Made by a program: the position numbers and the translations under genes. A stretch of 64,000 nt of DNA, from positions 40,572,106 to 40,636,105 of the forward strand of contig NC_068999.1 of assembly GCF_001194135.2 (NCBI RefSeq), written 5' to 3'. The notes below the pieces were generated by a model. That model had not been told where the DNA came from and made no database searches. It saw nothing but the letters and a program-made list of their open reading frames with translations. Source of the stretch: Octopus bimaculoides (lineage: Eukaryota). This document shows positions 28,487-41,261 of this stretch, piece by piece (positions within the stretch are counted from its first letter, which is position 1; each line of letters opens with the position of its first letter).

Positions 28487-28878
28487 GTTTCAATCATTTG
28501 ACTACGGCCATGATGGAGCACTGCTTTTAGTCGAGCAAATCGATGCCAGGGCTTATTCTTTGTAAGCCTAGTATTCATTCTATCGGTCTTTTAGCAGAAC
28601 CGCCAAGTTACACGGACGTAAATACACCAGCATCTGTTGTCAAGCAATGCTGGAGGGACAAACACAGACGCACAAACACACACAGGTCCATATATATATA
28701 TATATATACATTACGACGGGTTTCCTTCAGATTTCGTCTTCCAAATTCACTCGTAAGGCTTTATCGGCTCGCCGAGGCTATAGTAGAAGACACTTAACCA
28801 GGGTGCCACGCTGTGGGACTGAGTCCGGAAGCATGTGGTTGGTAAGCAGGATACTTATCACACATCCACACCTGCGCC
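28487..28878 (-). mobile_element. Full-length tRNA-headed SINE family B
   Basis: Reverse complement starts GGCGCAGGTGTGGATGTGTGATAAG with degenerate Pol III A/B boxes, has a central (TA)/(TG) tract, and a 3' part ...TTTGCTCGACTAAAAGCAGTGCTCCATCATGGCCGTAGTCAAATGATTGAAAC shared with other copies in the window. Confidence 0.85.
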
Positions 28879-29720
28879 TATATATATACTTTTTTGTCAT
28901 TGTGTATATGTGAATACACACAGACACACACATAAGTCACCCACATACGCGCGCACACACACACACACCAATATATTATGAGAAAAACAAAACATTATCA
29001 CAGGAGAAAAGAAAACTAAATAGTCCTAATTTTGAATGTAGCCTTGTTATATTGAAAGATCTCCACTTATGAGTGGTCGGTCCAAAAATTTCGGAAACGC
29101 ATGGATGTCACAGAACACAGTTTTTCGTTTGTACCCAACGAAAGAAATATGGGTCGTTTCTAATCAATGGTTTTATGGCTTCCTCAGAGAAAGGAAGGTA
29201 ACGCCAATTACATGAATTCCAGGCTCCAATCCAACTATTAGAGAGGAAATGCAGAGGTCATACTTTAACTAAATAGTTGGCCTAGATACATGTAATAGTT
29301 TGTATCCTTCTAACGGTACCAAAGGACTTTGTGGGGGTATTACACCGAGCGGTGAATAAAATGCACCAATATACTTGCACAGTGAACCACGCTTTGTGAT
29401 TAAACCGGATATCGTGTAGTTCGGACATGAAATTCTTAATCTCACAACTATGGCTGCGCTCAATTAAAAGAGAATTAATACATCAGAAGACTAGGATCGA
29501 TATATTCACCCAGCGGTTACCGAAGTGGATAAAAGAGTACCAAACTAGAGCAATTTATAATTTAAAATGTCCTTCTATTCTTCATTGTGGAGATGTTGGT
29601 TTCCTCTCGCGTTTCCTGCATCGAAAACCTAATTGAATGTCCAGTATATCCTCATGTTTACAGTAACATAATTTCTCATCTTTCTTTCTCCCCCTCTCTT
29701 TCTCTCTCTGTGTCTCTCTC

Positions 29721-29761
<41 letters not shown>

Positions 29762-30105
29762 CTCTCTGTATCTATCTATCCATCAATCTATCTCTGTTTC
29801 TCATCACTCTCTGTCTATGTCTGTCTCTCTCAAATTTTAGCACTTACTCTCTCGTTCTTTCCCTTTCTTTGTCTCTCCTTATTTCCCTCTATCTATCAGT
29901 CATCCCCCTCTCTCTAATCTCTCACCCCCTCTATCACTATCACTATCTCTTTGTTGTTCTTACTCTCTTCCCTCCCTCTTCCTTCCCTTCACTACGCTGT
30001 CCCATTCTCCATTAATCTTTATCTCTCTTCAATTTCCTTTTTTTCTCTTACTCTGCCTCTCTCTCTGTCACCTACTCTCTCTCCCTCTCTCCCCATCTCT
30101 TTCTT

Positions 30106-30185
<80 letters not shown>

Positions 30186-30680
30186 AATTCTCCACATCAA
30201 TGGGTCGAGAAAGTAGTTTTCAAATCGTAGACCCACCACCACCACCACTGACCTCCGCCAATCCTTTCGCACCCGCTCCATGGACGCCACAAAAAGATGA
30301 AAGAATTACATTATATCAATATTAGAAATCCTCTTTTCATCGTACAACTGCTTCAATCAGTTACTATAGACAATTATAGTAACAAGTACAACTTTCCAAT
30401 ACTAGAGTATTTGTAATTATAAGTGAACACATGTCAAGTCAAAGCAAGGCAAGAAATTTCAAAGTGAGCTCATGTCACTTCTGAATACGAACAAAGATTT
30501 TAAAGCAAGTATATGTCGCCTCAAACTGAGATTACAGATTTCAAAGTCAGCACATTTCACTTAAACTAATCATAAACTGACTTAACTCTTAAATAAAAAT
30601 GTCGTCTTTTTCAAAAGGGTGCTATCCCTTTGCTAAATTTTATAGGTGTACGAAGATTTTGAAATTCTCTTGCGTATGTA

Positions 30681-31330
30681 GGTGCCGGTGTGGCAGTGTG
30701 GTAAGACGTTTGCTTGCCAACTACATGCTTCCAGGTTCGGTCTCACTGCGTGACACCTTGGGTAAGAAGGACTACCATAGCCTCGGGCTGACCAAGGCTT
30801 TGCGAGTGGATTCGGTAGATCGAAATCTCAAAGAAGTTCGTCGTATATGTGTGTGTGCTTGTCTGTATGTGTGGGTGTGTGTCTGTCTGTCTCTGTCTGT
30901 GTATCTGTCTGTCTGTCTGTTGGGCAAGGGTCTTCTGCTATAGCCTCAGGCCGACCAAAGACTTGTTAGTGGATTTGGTAGAGGGAAATTGAAAGAAGCC
31001 CGCCGTATATATGTGTGTGTGTGTTCGTTTGTTAGTGTGTGTGTGTGTTTGTGTCTGTGTGTGTCTGTGTCTGTGTCTGTGTCTGTGTGTCTGTGTCTGT
31101 GTGTCTGTGTGCATGTGTGTGTTGGGAAAGTGTCTTCTACTATAGCTTCGGACTGACCAAAACCTTGTGAGTGGATTTGGTGGACGGAAACTGAAAGAAA
31201 CCCGCTCAGCAGAAGAATCCAATAGAGTAAGTACAAGGCCATAATAAAACCAAGTACTTTGCTCGATTATATCGACTAAAATTCTTCAGATCGCTGCCCC
31301 AGCATGACCGCTGTTGAATGACTGAAAGAA
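30681..31330 (+). mobile_element. SINE family B with an internally triplicated core
   Basis: A box TGGCAGTGTGG (30691) and B box GGTTCGGTCTC (30734). The approximately 90-bp segment TTGGG.AAG...TATAGC...GACCAA...GTGGATT.GGT.GA.GGAAA.TGAAAGAA starts at 30758, 30920 and 31122, separated by (TG)/(TCTG) tracts, and is followed by the family 3' end. Confidence 0.85.
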
Positions 31331-31642
31331 TTATATAACAAACGATGAAAGATGTGCTTCATTATAAAAGGAATATCATGTTTTGTCTCCGAGAAACCAA
31401 TTGCATGTTGGCAGTGGCGGACTGGCACTATCTCTATTTCTCTCTCCCTCCCTCTTTTTATATTCTATTTATCTCCCCTTTTTTTCTTTCTCCTCCTGTC
31501 TCTAATTCTTCTCCTCCTCCTTCAGCGTTCTCTATCTGTCCCTCTCTCTCTATCACTCTTCCTCCTTGACTCTCTCGTTGCTCACGCGTAACCATCGGCC
31601 ATCCTTCTTCTCATAACTCGAATTTCTTTCTCCTCGTTGAGC

Positions 31643-32320
31643 TACAGGGATAGCTCACATTTTTGTCTGTCTCCCGTCAAAGCTTGTTTCTCCACTTCAC
31701 CTCATTATGGCCTTACAGGCCTGTCCGTTCGCTTGCAATGTCCTGTTTTTGCTACCAACTTTGACCCTCTGCAAATCCCAAATTTAGCCATCTGAATGTC
31801 ATGATGTTTCACGTTGGGTATCAAAATGCTGACATCTTGACTGTTGTTCATTGCGCTGTGGATGTTGTATAACCTGTAATACGTGAGATGAAAACCAAGT
31901 TCCTCCATACTGTGAAGGTCTTTAAGTGCGACTCCAGTGAGGGTGACATCATGCCACTCCACATCTCTGAACAGAGTCTTAGACTCAGTTCAGTTGACTA
32001 TGTGAAGCTGACAGAGAGTGTGTTCTAACTCGAGTTGACAGAATTGCTGCTGGTAGGTCATATGTTTGGCATCAGGATTAATATAGGTTGGTCCCAAGGA
32101 TTAATAATCCCAAGGATTAATAATCCCAAGGATTAATAATCCCAAGGATTAATAATCCCAAGGATTAATAATCCCAAGGATTAATATAGGTTGGTCGCGG
32201 GTAAGAAGACCACTAACTGCTCTATCTGCAACACTAAGACCGAGCTGGTGACCAAGGTTAAGGAGGTATTCGTCTTCAGGGCGACTACATTGAGTAAACG
32301 CTTACATCCCAGCCATAATC
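31643..32320 (+). mobile_element. Deleted DD37D/maT-like Tc1/mariner element remnant
   Basis: Starts TA-CAGGG. Translates to MKTKFLHTVKVFKCDSSEGDIMPLHISEQSLRLSSVDYVKL...DRIAAGRSYVWHQD, then after the minisatellite a degraded P-x-D-x-Y...AGKKTTNCSICNTKTELVTKVKEVF. This matches the recalled DD37D motifs MKTKFPATVMVFG..SSEGD.MPP, AAGRPYVWQQD and NPMDYYVWG...CNTK.EL. Confidence 0.75.
32074..32196. repeat. Perfect 16-bp minisatellite (CCCAAGGATTAATAAT)x5 plus a partial unit, flanked by a 20-bp direct repeat
   Basis: Units at 32093, 32109, 32125, 32141 and 32157, partial at 32173. AGGATTAATATAGGTTGGTC occurs at 32074-32093 and 32177-32196. Confidence 0.95.
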
Positions 32321-32519
32321 TAGTTGATATTTTTAAAAAATAGCTTTACTCCTGATGAGATATTGTGTTTATGTATATATATATTAGGATGTTCAATTTT
32401 TCTTAACTGATCAATTGAGTAAAGCTTATCAGTAACGTGCTTATAATGACTATTGGAAACAGCTGTAAACCAAATTTGCTCTATAAACGAATATGTAATG
32501 ACCATTACATATATCTTGT

Positions 32520-32556
<37 letters not shown>

Positions 32557-32937
32557 NNNNNNNNNNNNNNNNNNNNNNNNNNNNNNNNNNNNNNNNNNNN
32601 NNNNNNNNNNNNNNNNNNNNNNNTAAAAGGAAAGATAAAAGATACGAAAACTCCATATTCTTATTTTATTGGAGAAGACGACCATCCTTTCTTCGTTTTG
32701 TTCAGAATAAAATAATCCAATTTGTGAATTCGTATCTAGCTGTAAATAATCAGCATTTTTTTAATATATTTTTTTTTATTTTGATGTTTAATCAAATGAT
32801 AACAAAACAAAAAATCTTGCTCAATTTCAATCAACAGATATCAGTTATTAAAAACACACAACAAATTTTATTCTTTATTCTTATATGCGTTTCAACCCAA
32901 AGCTTACGGCCATACTGTGGCACCATTCCTTTTGTGA

Positions 32938-33115
32938 TTGGCTTCTGGTGAAGGAGGGATTTGGATATCGCTGTCATCATTTGAGGTACTTGCCGCATTG
33001 TAGGCTCATCTGGGACGTTAATCTGCAACTGATCTTCCGCAACTCCATCTAGATTTCTCAGACATTTATGCAAGATACTAAGGAACTGTTGGCTTTCGAA
33101 TTCCAAGCTCTTCAA
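32938..33115 (-). mobile_element. Non-LTR retrotransposon ORF2 C-terminal fragment (clade uncertain)
   Basis: The ORF 32831..33115 segment SLEFESQQFLSILHKCLRNLDGVAEDQLQINVPDEPTMRQVPQMMTAISKSLLHQ resembles recalled LINE C-termini of the form L.F.GP.LFN.LP..LR.L.GV...F...LD..L..VPDEP.......A.SNSL.HQ. Confidence 0.5.
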
Positions 33116-34523
33116 TCCCGGTCCTCACCCTAGACAGGGTAGGGTGAAGTGCTGACTTCATTTATTATTTGATATCAAAATTTTTGTCACACCAAGTATA
33201 TTTAGGCTTCAAATGATTGACATCAAATGGAAAATGCTTAAGTTAAGTTAACCGTCGCTGTGTGTTTTTGCGTGGTTAATATGTAACTTTATGCTGTAAT
33301 TGTTTTATTTTCAACGCACGGTCTCAGATGAAATTACATGCCTGGCAGATAACCACCCGAAGCTAGTAATAGAAAGGGTAATTCCCCCTGTTTATCTTAT
33401 TTTCTATAGCATTGTCCATTTCAAAAATGAATGGTGTAGTGTACAGCCATGGAACAAGCTAACGGTTTTATTTGGTTGTTTGGTTTGAGAAAAGTGGTAA
33501 AGTGAGCATTTCACTTCTTTGATATTACATGTTGTTTTAAAACTATTCATTTTTAAAATCATTTTTCTAGCGTTGAAGTGGAAAAATCTCACTCTGAAAT
33601 CATTAAACTGATTTTAAAATTGCAAAGCATCGCTCTGAAATGAAATTAGCCCAAGAATACAAATACTCTAGTTAGCTGTGTTATTTGTTAGCTTTAAACG
33701 ACAATTTGCTGCTTTAATTTATAGCTAAGGCACAATAAATTAGACGTAGGTATTGTTCAGTATAAGTCTAGCTTCTCTTCGGTATTTTCATTCCCAGTTA
33801 CTCCTTCATTTTTGTGCATTCCATCGCATTAGTTTCATCTGCTCCAAAGTATTTGCATGATATGTTCTGTTCTAATTTTTTGTTTTCACTCTGTAAATAT
33901 AACCTCAGTTCCAATTACTTTTCCTCGTCTAATATTATGTTTGACATATTACTTTAATCCCATCCAAAATTTATCACAACAGGATTTATGCACCATTTAC
34001 TAGGTACTTCAGCTCGATGTTGTCAGCTGTCTATAATTTTACTTCATCTGTCTGAGAGAGATTGTTTGCAGGTCGGCTCAGTATTTTAACTGCCGGTGCT
34101 CTTATGTTGTAAATGTGTTAATGGATTCAGAGCTATAAGCAACTTACATTGGGGATAAGGAGATTTTCTGAAATGTTCTTCATGTGACAGCTAGATTTTA
34201 TCATATTATCTTTTTCATGCTGTGTTATCGATGTGTTCTGCTTTGGCACTGCGTGCTTGATGTATTGCCTTGATACTGAGGCTATCCACTGTATGTGCAA
34301 TGTTTCCAATATCCAGTTATGTGCTATGCAGCTAAAGGCTTCTTTGGTAATCAATCCATTCCGCGCTTAGATTTTTCGGTCTCTATTTGGTGTTTGCAAT
34401 AACTTCTGTTTACCAATAACTCTTTTTTATATCCATACACTCTAAGAGGAAAACTTTTTTTTCTTTTCCCTTAGAACGTTGTTATTAAGTTATAGATCAG
34501 CGACAAGCCTTTTATACACACAA

Positions 34524-34563
<40 letters not shown>

Positions 34564-34985
34564 TCACACACACATGCTCACACANNNNNNNNNNNNNNNN
34601 NNNNNNNNNNNNNNNNNNNNNNNNNNNNNNNNNNNNNNNNNNNNNNNNNNNNNNNNNNNNNNNNNNNNNNNNNNNNNNNNNNNNNNNNNNNNNNNNNNNN
34701 NNNNNNNNNNNNNNNNNNNNNNNNNNNNNNNNNNNNNNNNNNNNNNNNNNNNNNNNNNNNNNNNNNNNNNNNNNNNNNNNNNNNNNNNNNNNNNNNNNNN
34801 NNNNNNNNNNNNNNNNNNNNNNNNNNNNNNNNNNNNNNNNNNNNNNNNNNNNNNNTTGGTTCTTCTGATTAACTTTTTTTTAATCAAATCCTGGAAACTG
34901 CCTCAATTCTGGAAATGTTCCAGATGCTAGTTGTTTTGATTGTCTTTGTAAACTCCAAACCACTTATGCTCAGTGTAGTAGTAGC

Positions 34986-35050
<65 letters not shown>

Positions 35051-35214
35051 TAATAATAATAACAATAATCATAATCATAACAATGATTATGATTATGATG
35101 ATGATGATGAGGAGGAGGAGGAGTTCATTTGGTTCTCTTGACTTCTGATATTAGTTGAATAAGAAATGTTATGCACATGTTTCGTCTTGGTGTAAAATAT
35201 TCTGCTCACTATTG

Positions 35215-35645
35215 CAGATTTGCTGGTCAGTTGCTTGACCTTCACCAGTTGTGCATGTTACTTGGTGGCTGCGACATTTGTATCTCTGATCACGAACAGG
35301 AGCAGTGGGGGAGCGTTATAGCCCTGTGTTGAGAAGGATTCTTAGAGGTTTGAATAATTCTTCTCTCGAAATATGCGTATTTAATTCATCATCATTAAGC
35401 CATTCTTATCCAGAGATTTTTTTTGAGTGGGATGGGCTACTCGACCGGAAAAGAATTTTAACCGGACCCCACCTGCAAATGTGTGCAGTGTATCTTGATA
35501 TAAGATCACTGTGTCCGGCACATATAGTTGTGGAGCATGTACTTGGGGTGCCCTTATCGGACGCGTAGTCTCGTATATCTGAATCCCAGCGTCACTTCAA
35601 TGGTGTGCGCTGCTCTCTCACTCAATAATAATGATAATAAAAATA
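35215..35645 (+). mobile_element. Retroposon 3' region (family D) with (AAT)n tail
   Basis: Paralogous to 8259-8700 in the opposite orientation. Confidence 0.7.
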
Positions 35646-35665
35646 ATAACAACATTTTGAGAAGA

Positions 35666-35797
35666 AGTACATTCCTTGTCGTCCCAAAAGTATGAAAGTC
35701 AAAGTCGACCATGGTGGAATTGAAACCGGAACTTAAAGACTAACAAATGCCGCAAGCATTTTGTCTGGTGTGCTAACCACTGTGCCAGCTCACCGCC
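35666..35797 (-). mobile_element. SINE family A, 5' half
   Basis: Reverse complement GGCGGTGAGCTGGCACAGTGGTTAGCACACCAGACAAAATGCTTGCGGCATTT...GGTCGACTTTGACTTTCAT, with an A box (TGGCACAGTGG). Confidence 0.8.
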
Positions 35798-36720
35798 TTA
35801 GCAATAGTAATAACAGACGTTAATCCATTGCCCTCAAACAATCTTATTAAAAAGTGAGATATTGGGAGAAACGCTAGAATGCTGGGCGAAAACACGTTTC
35901 CGTGCTGAGATCAAATACAACCGTGGATTCCGGAAGCAATAGCACCAAGTGCCATTCTAGTATTGCGATAGGGATGGTATAAACAATTATAGACATACCC
36001 ATAAATACGAGCCTTCTGATTTGCCGTGAAATCGATTGAATTTAATTAAACCAAACTGGATTTTGTCTGCTGGCAAAGGAATCGGTCTTTGATGCAAATA
36101 TATTCTGATTAAAGAATGTTGCATCTGGCAAGGAAAGAAGTACAGATGCTGCGTAATATTGTAGTGTAATATACGGAGCGAATTTTCCAGCAGCAAATTC
36201 TAAGACGGTATTTAGGAGAAGTTAACATTAGGAAACGCAAATAAACTATTATAGTCGTAAACACACGAAGGATTCTTGGGAATACTCGAAAAGGCATTTT
36301 GCCAATATTTTGACGACTCCCAATGTATAACTTTGAAAGGAAGTTTTCCAGAATCAATATCATGATATCTTGAAAACTTTAGAGATACACTGCATCCATC
36401 CACGCACGCACCCACCCACACACACACACACACATACATACATACATACATACATATACACATATACACGAACACGATGACAGAAATAGATCCCAGTACA
36501 TATGTACACTTGTGTGTGTATATGTTTACGTATATATCCTTGCGTATAGACACGCACAGAGGCATATATTTTTCATCGATGCGTATAGCCTTACTTCCAA
36601 ATTTAACATCTACTCGCAATAGAATACTTGGGTAAATTTAGGTGTGTGTGTGTATGTGTAAGTGAATATGTGTTTATGTATCTACGTGTATGAGTGTGTA
36701 TGCATGTGTATGAGTCTATT

Positions 36721-36771
<51 letters not shown>

Positions 36772-37171
36772 TACATATATATATATATATATTTATATTT
36801 ATAAATAGCTATATCAATTCAATTGGGTTATTTACCTTGGAGTCTGCTTTAGAACAGCAATATACGAGTATTTGTTATCTAATACGATTTTAGAGCGAGA
36901 ATTGATCGTTTTCCTAACGTTACATCTGAAAATCCGAGACTGTCTGTAGATTTTATATAAATTTTAACAGGGAGAATGGAGTTAGAACACGTTTTATTGC
37001 ATAATATTACAATTGTTTCATCGAGACTTTACCAAGAAATTATTGCTGGAATATTGTTTTATAATATACGAACTAACACATCATAAGAGTACTATTTGAA
37101 CTATACTGGAAAATATCATCTCTTTATTTACACGTAGAAACTATTTTGCTGAACTAACCCTAATTCACACA

Positions 37172-37700
37172 ATATAAACTCCTCGTTGCCTTCCTTTCTT
37201 GGTAAGTATAATCTTGCTACTCCTGCCCTTAGGTGGAGTCCTCCATTCATATTGAACTCCTTCCTAGTTTTTCTGTCCAGCTTTACTAATTGAGTTTTTG
37301 TCCGATGTACAAAAGCTGCTGACGATTTTCAGATACTGCCCAAGTATTTGCAGCCGTCACTAGATTCGGGCCATTTAACTTTGACTTCATTAGCTTCCTC
37401 ACCCTTCTGATGTACTCTTTCTCAATTTTAGTTTTCATTCCTATAGTCAGTATTCTGTCAGATTCTAATACTCCTACATACTAATGACTCCCTCCCCCTT
37501 TCAATGATTTTAATATCTAGCCATCAGAAAATTGGATGCCTTCGCTGTCTCCTTCTCATGACTAATATTGTACACTTTTCTATGCCAAATTCCATGCCTA
37601 TGTCTTTGCTGAAGAGTCTTACAGTCTGTATTAAGAAATCTACTTTTGTTTCATTCTTACTAAAAAAACATCAGATCATCTATGTAGAGCAAATGGTTAA
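37172..37700 (-). mobile_element. R4/Dong-clade LINE reverse transcriptase fragment (degenerate)
   Basis: Minus-strand translation NHLLYIDDL.FFSKNETKVDFLIQTVRLFSKDIGMEFGIEKCTILVM ... KEYIRRVRKLMKSKLNGPNLVTAANTWAV ... VARLYLPRKEG, containing the RT YxDD motif and the R4-type RLYLPRKEGGRG motif. Confidence 0.85.
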
Positions 37701-37702
37701 CA

Positions 37703-37800
37703 TTTCCCTTACTGTTTCTGAACTGTGTTTACGGGAACGTAAACACATCAACATCGGTTGTCAAGCGATGGTGGAGTGACAAACACGGAGACACAAACAC
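37703..37800 (-). mobile_element. SINE family B internal/3' fragment
   Basis: ACGTAAACACATCAACATCGGTTGTCAAGCGATGGTGG...ACAAACAC matches 28615-28680. Confidence 0.65.
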
Positions 37801-38041
37801 ATACATATATATTTTTTTATTGATGTAGTTGAAGGTACCCAGAGCGGGTCGAAACATGTGCTGTACCCAATAATGTCTATTACACAATCCATCTCCTATT
37901 TTATTAATACTGTTACTCCAGCCGCCACTACGAATTTCCTGTAATAAATCTACGGATAAGAACAGGTAATCGAAACTGTCCCGGTGCTTTATTCATCATC
38001 TATTTGTACATTTTGTACAATTTCTCTTATTAGATATATAC

Positions 38042-38081
<40 letters not shown>

Positions 38082-38540
38082 TTGTTTGCATTCTTTCTAG
38101 CTAACACAAAGGAAATCGTTTCAAACGTGATACCGAAGTTCCACAATTTCTTTTTTCACACATAATTCTTAAACACAATACAAAATAATATAAAATGAAA
38201 GAAAAAATGGGTAGCATAGAATCTCTTCCAACCGGTTTACTCCGCTCGAAACACGTTGGGAAACATCTGTGAATTTTAGGGTCCCATATAATATTTTGAA
38301 TTGATATGTGAAAAGAGTAGGACAGAATTAGGTAAAAGAATTTTGTGAATATACGTTGAATTATTAACACAATTAATTACCCGATTTATATTACTCGTAC
38401 GGCATCAGCTTTATGTATGTATATTTATGTTGCTATATATATGTGTGTATATATATATATAAACTTAGATACGTTTATGTGAGCATGAATGCATGGATAA
38501 ATGGATAGATAGATACATTTTTATCTTTGGATAATGATTG

Positions 38541-38700
38541 ACCCCCACAAAATCACTTGACAACCGATGCTGGGGTGCTTATGTCTCCGAAAGCGGCTGT
38601 GCAAAAGAGACCGCTAGATTAAGTACTAGGCTTAAAAAGAATAAGTCCTATGGTCGATTTGTACGACTAAAGGCAGTCGCAGTCAAGATGAAATAAACGA
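38541..38700 (+). mobile_element. SINE family B 3' fragment
   Basis: CACTTGACAACCGATGCTGG...AAAAGAGACCG...AAGTACTAGGCTT...GAATAAGTCC..GGTCGATTTG..CGACTAAAGG. Confidence 0.75.
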
Positions 38701-39704
38701 GTATATGTATATATACATATAGAATACTAAGAAAAGTTTCGACCATGATTGGCCGAAGACATTTAATGATGTTTCATATTACGGTCAGTCTTTACGTACC
38801 GTGGTCCGTTCGTGTAAAACGTTTTTGTTTGTAGAGATATATGCGGATATACGTGGTTTATCTGGAATTTGGTGGGGAGAATTTGCCCAGCAGTAACTTG
38901 AATGTTATGAGATCGTTTTTTTTTGTTTTTTTTTTCTCGTTTGCCTTGGCATGATGCTAAAGAAAGCAGGGCCAGCTGAAGTGAAATAATTCTTAGGGTT
39001 TTGATGTGACGCGAGCATAGCTTTCGTAGAGAGCGGATGATACAAGGGTCAGGGCTTGGATGAATTTTAAAGTTCATGGCAACATCATCTGAGCAATGCT
39101 AATGGAATATTTTCCACATCCTAGAAATGATATAGCGCTCGCGGCGATNNNNNNNNNNNNNNNNNNNNNNNNNNNNNNNNNNNNNNNNNNNNNNNNNNNN
39201 NNNNNNNNNNNNNNNNNNNNNNNNNNNNNNNNNNNNNNNNNNNNNNNNNNNNNNNNNNNNNNNNNNNNNNNNNNNNNNNNNNNNNNNNNNNNNNNNNNNN
39301 NNNNNNNNNNNNNNNNNNNNNNNNNNNNNNNNNNNNNNNNNNNNNNNNNNNNNNNNNNNNNNNNNNNNNNNNNNNNNNNNNNNNNNNNNNNNNNNNNNNN
39401 NNNNNNNNNNNNNNNNNNNNNNNNNNNNNNNNNNNNNNNNNNNNNNNNNNNNNNNNNNNNNNNNNNNNNNNNNNNNNNNNNNNNNNNNNNNNNNNNNNNN
39501 NNNNNNNNNNNNNNNNNNNNNNNNNNNNNNNNNNNNNNNNNNNNNNNNNNNNNNNNNNNNNNNNNNNNNNNNNNNNNNNNNNNNNNNNNNNNNNNNNNNN
39601 NNNNNNNNNNNNNNNNNNNNNNNNNNNNNNNNNNNNNNNNNNNNNNNNNNNNNNNNNNNNNNNNNNNNNNNNNNNNNNNNNNNNNNNNNNNNNNNNNNNN
39701 NNNN

Positions 39705-39761
<57 letters not shown>

Positions 39762-40455
39762 TTCTCTGTGCTAATCATCATGGATACACCTATACTTCTA
39801 TTTGTAGGTGACATATACAGACACTAAATAGTAAATATACTCACCGCCCATTGCGTCGGTCAAGGATCACCATTTACTTCATCTCTCAACGATCCGCTAA
39901 TACATTAATATCTTCGATTCATCTACGTGTGTGGAATAGGCAGAAAGACCTCTGTGAATGTATCTTGCGATTGATTAAATATCGTGTCCAAAAGGATATT
40001 TATATTGTGAAAGCATCACCGCTAACGAATACGGGGTCGTGAACACGGCGTATTTATGAGTGAACAAGTAGTCATTATAGACGAATTCCACTGCTTATGT
40101 GTGTGTATCTATGTACACAAACACACACATACACTAACATGTATACGTATGTATGTATGTATGTATGTATGTATGTATAGATAGATAGATGGTGGGGACA
40201 GGTGGAGATGTCTGCGTGTGTATGTGTATGCATATTCTTATGCGACTTTTTACACATAACCTATATATGCTTATACTGATTCGTATAAGCATGTGACTGT
40301 GAATGTGATTGTGTGCGCGTGCGCATGTGCCTGTGAATTGTGAGAGAGTGAAGAAGAGACAGAATTTCAGACAATAGCTGACCAATTCTTAAACGACCAC
40401 TTATAATAGATATCGCATCTATTAAGTATTTAGCCTGAGGCCCACACACGGACAG

Positions 40456-40511
<56 letters not shown>

Positions 40512-41162
40512 AGGCACATTCACAGGCACACACACACACATTCAAACACACAATTACACATGTGATACTTCTGTAAAATGCTATGGAAATTGACGACGAA
40601 TGGTGTAGAAGAAAGCAGATTATGGTGACATCTAGCGGCGACTAATTGATCCTGGTTTACTCTTCCGTACCAGGAATAAGTAATATTTTATTGATTCCTG
40701 CTCTGGTTTTGGTAGCACCGATTAAGTTGCACTTTACATAATGGCGGATTAATGTACTCGTTCTCCAGATAACACGTGATCAGAAGCACGCCTGTCATGT
40801 GACCGGCGCCATTTCTTTTTAACTGTTAATTTATGTCTTCTCTAGCTTTATTTTAAGCTTTATTTTTGTCCTTTTCGAGCCGTGTTTTTGTTTGTTTATT
40901 TCTTGCTTTTTTTTGTCTTTATTGATTTATATTGTTTTTATATTCTTTAACTTTTCTGGAATTATTCCGGATATCGTTTTGGGAGTAATTATTGTCATGT
41001 TAGAGAATATCTCACAATAGATGAATAAAAATAATGCTTTGCTTAGTTGGGTAGTTTTTGTCGTGTGAAGCATCAAAATATGCATACGAAATTAGGTCAA
41101 TAGTGGGAGGAATTCATTTACTTGTTTCACACGTTATCTTATGTTTTGCGTGCCTCATTTAT

Positions 41163-41228
41163 TGGATTGCAGCCATGCTGGGGCACGGCCTTGGAGGGAA
41201 TTAGTCGAACAAATCGAGCCTAGTGCTT
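41163..41228 (-). mobile_element. SINE family B 3' tip
   Basis: TGCAGCCATGCTGGGGCAC...TAGTCGAACAAATCGA matches the family 3' end. Confidence 0.55.
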
Positions 41229-41230
41229 AG

Positions 41231-41261
<31 letters not shown>

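Noticed and set aside
30185-30325. Pro-rich coding-like stretch after (CT)n
   Set aside because: Driven by a short (CCA)n run, with no splice or homology support.
31705-31962. Minus-strand 85-aa ORF (MEWHDVTL...)
   Set aside because: It is the antisense shadow of the plus-strand DD37D transposase remnant.
32093-32186. CRISPR-like appearance of the 16-bp repeats
   Set aside because: The units are head-to-tail with no spacers, the context is eukaryotic and no cas genes are present.
37822-37862. Hammerhead-like TGAAG-GTACCC-AGAGC-GGGTC-GAAAC-ATGTG
   Set aside because: The core CUGANGA is not recognisable (TAGTTGA), the triplet would be GUG and there is no stem I. At most a decayed PLE footprint.
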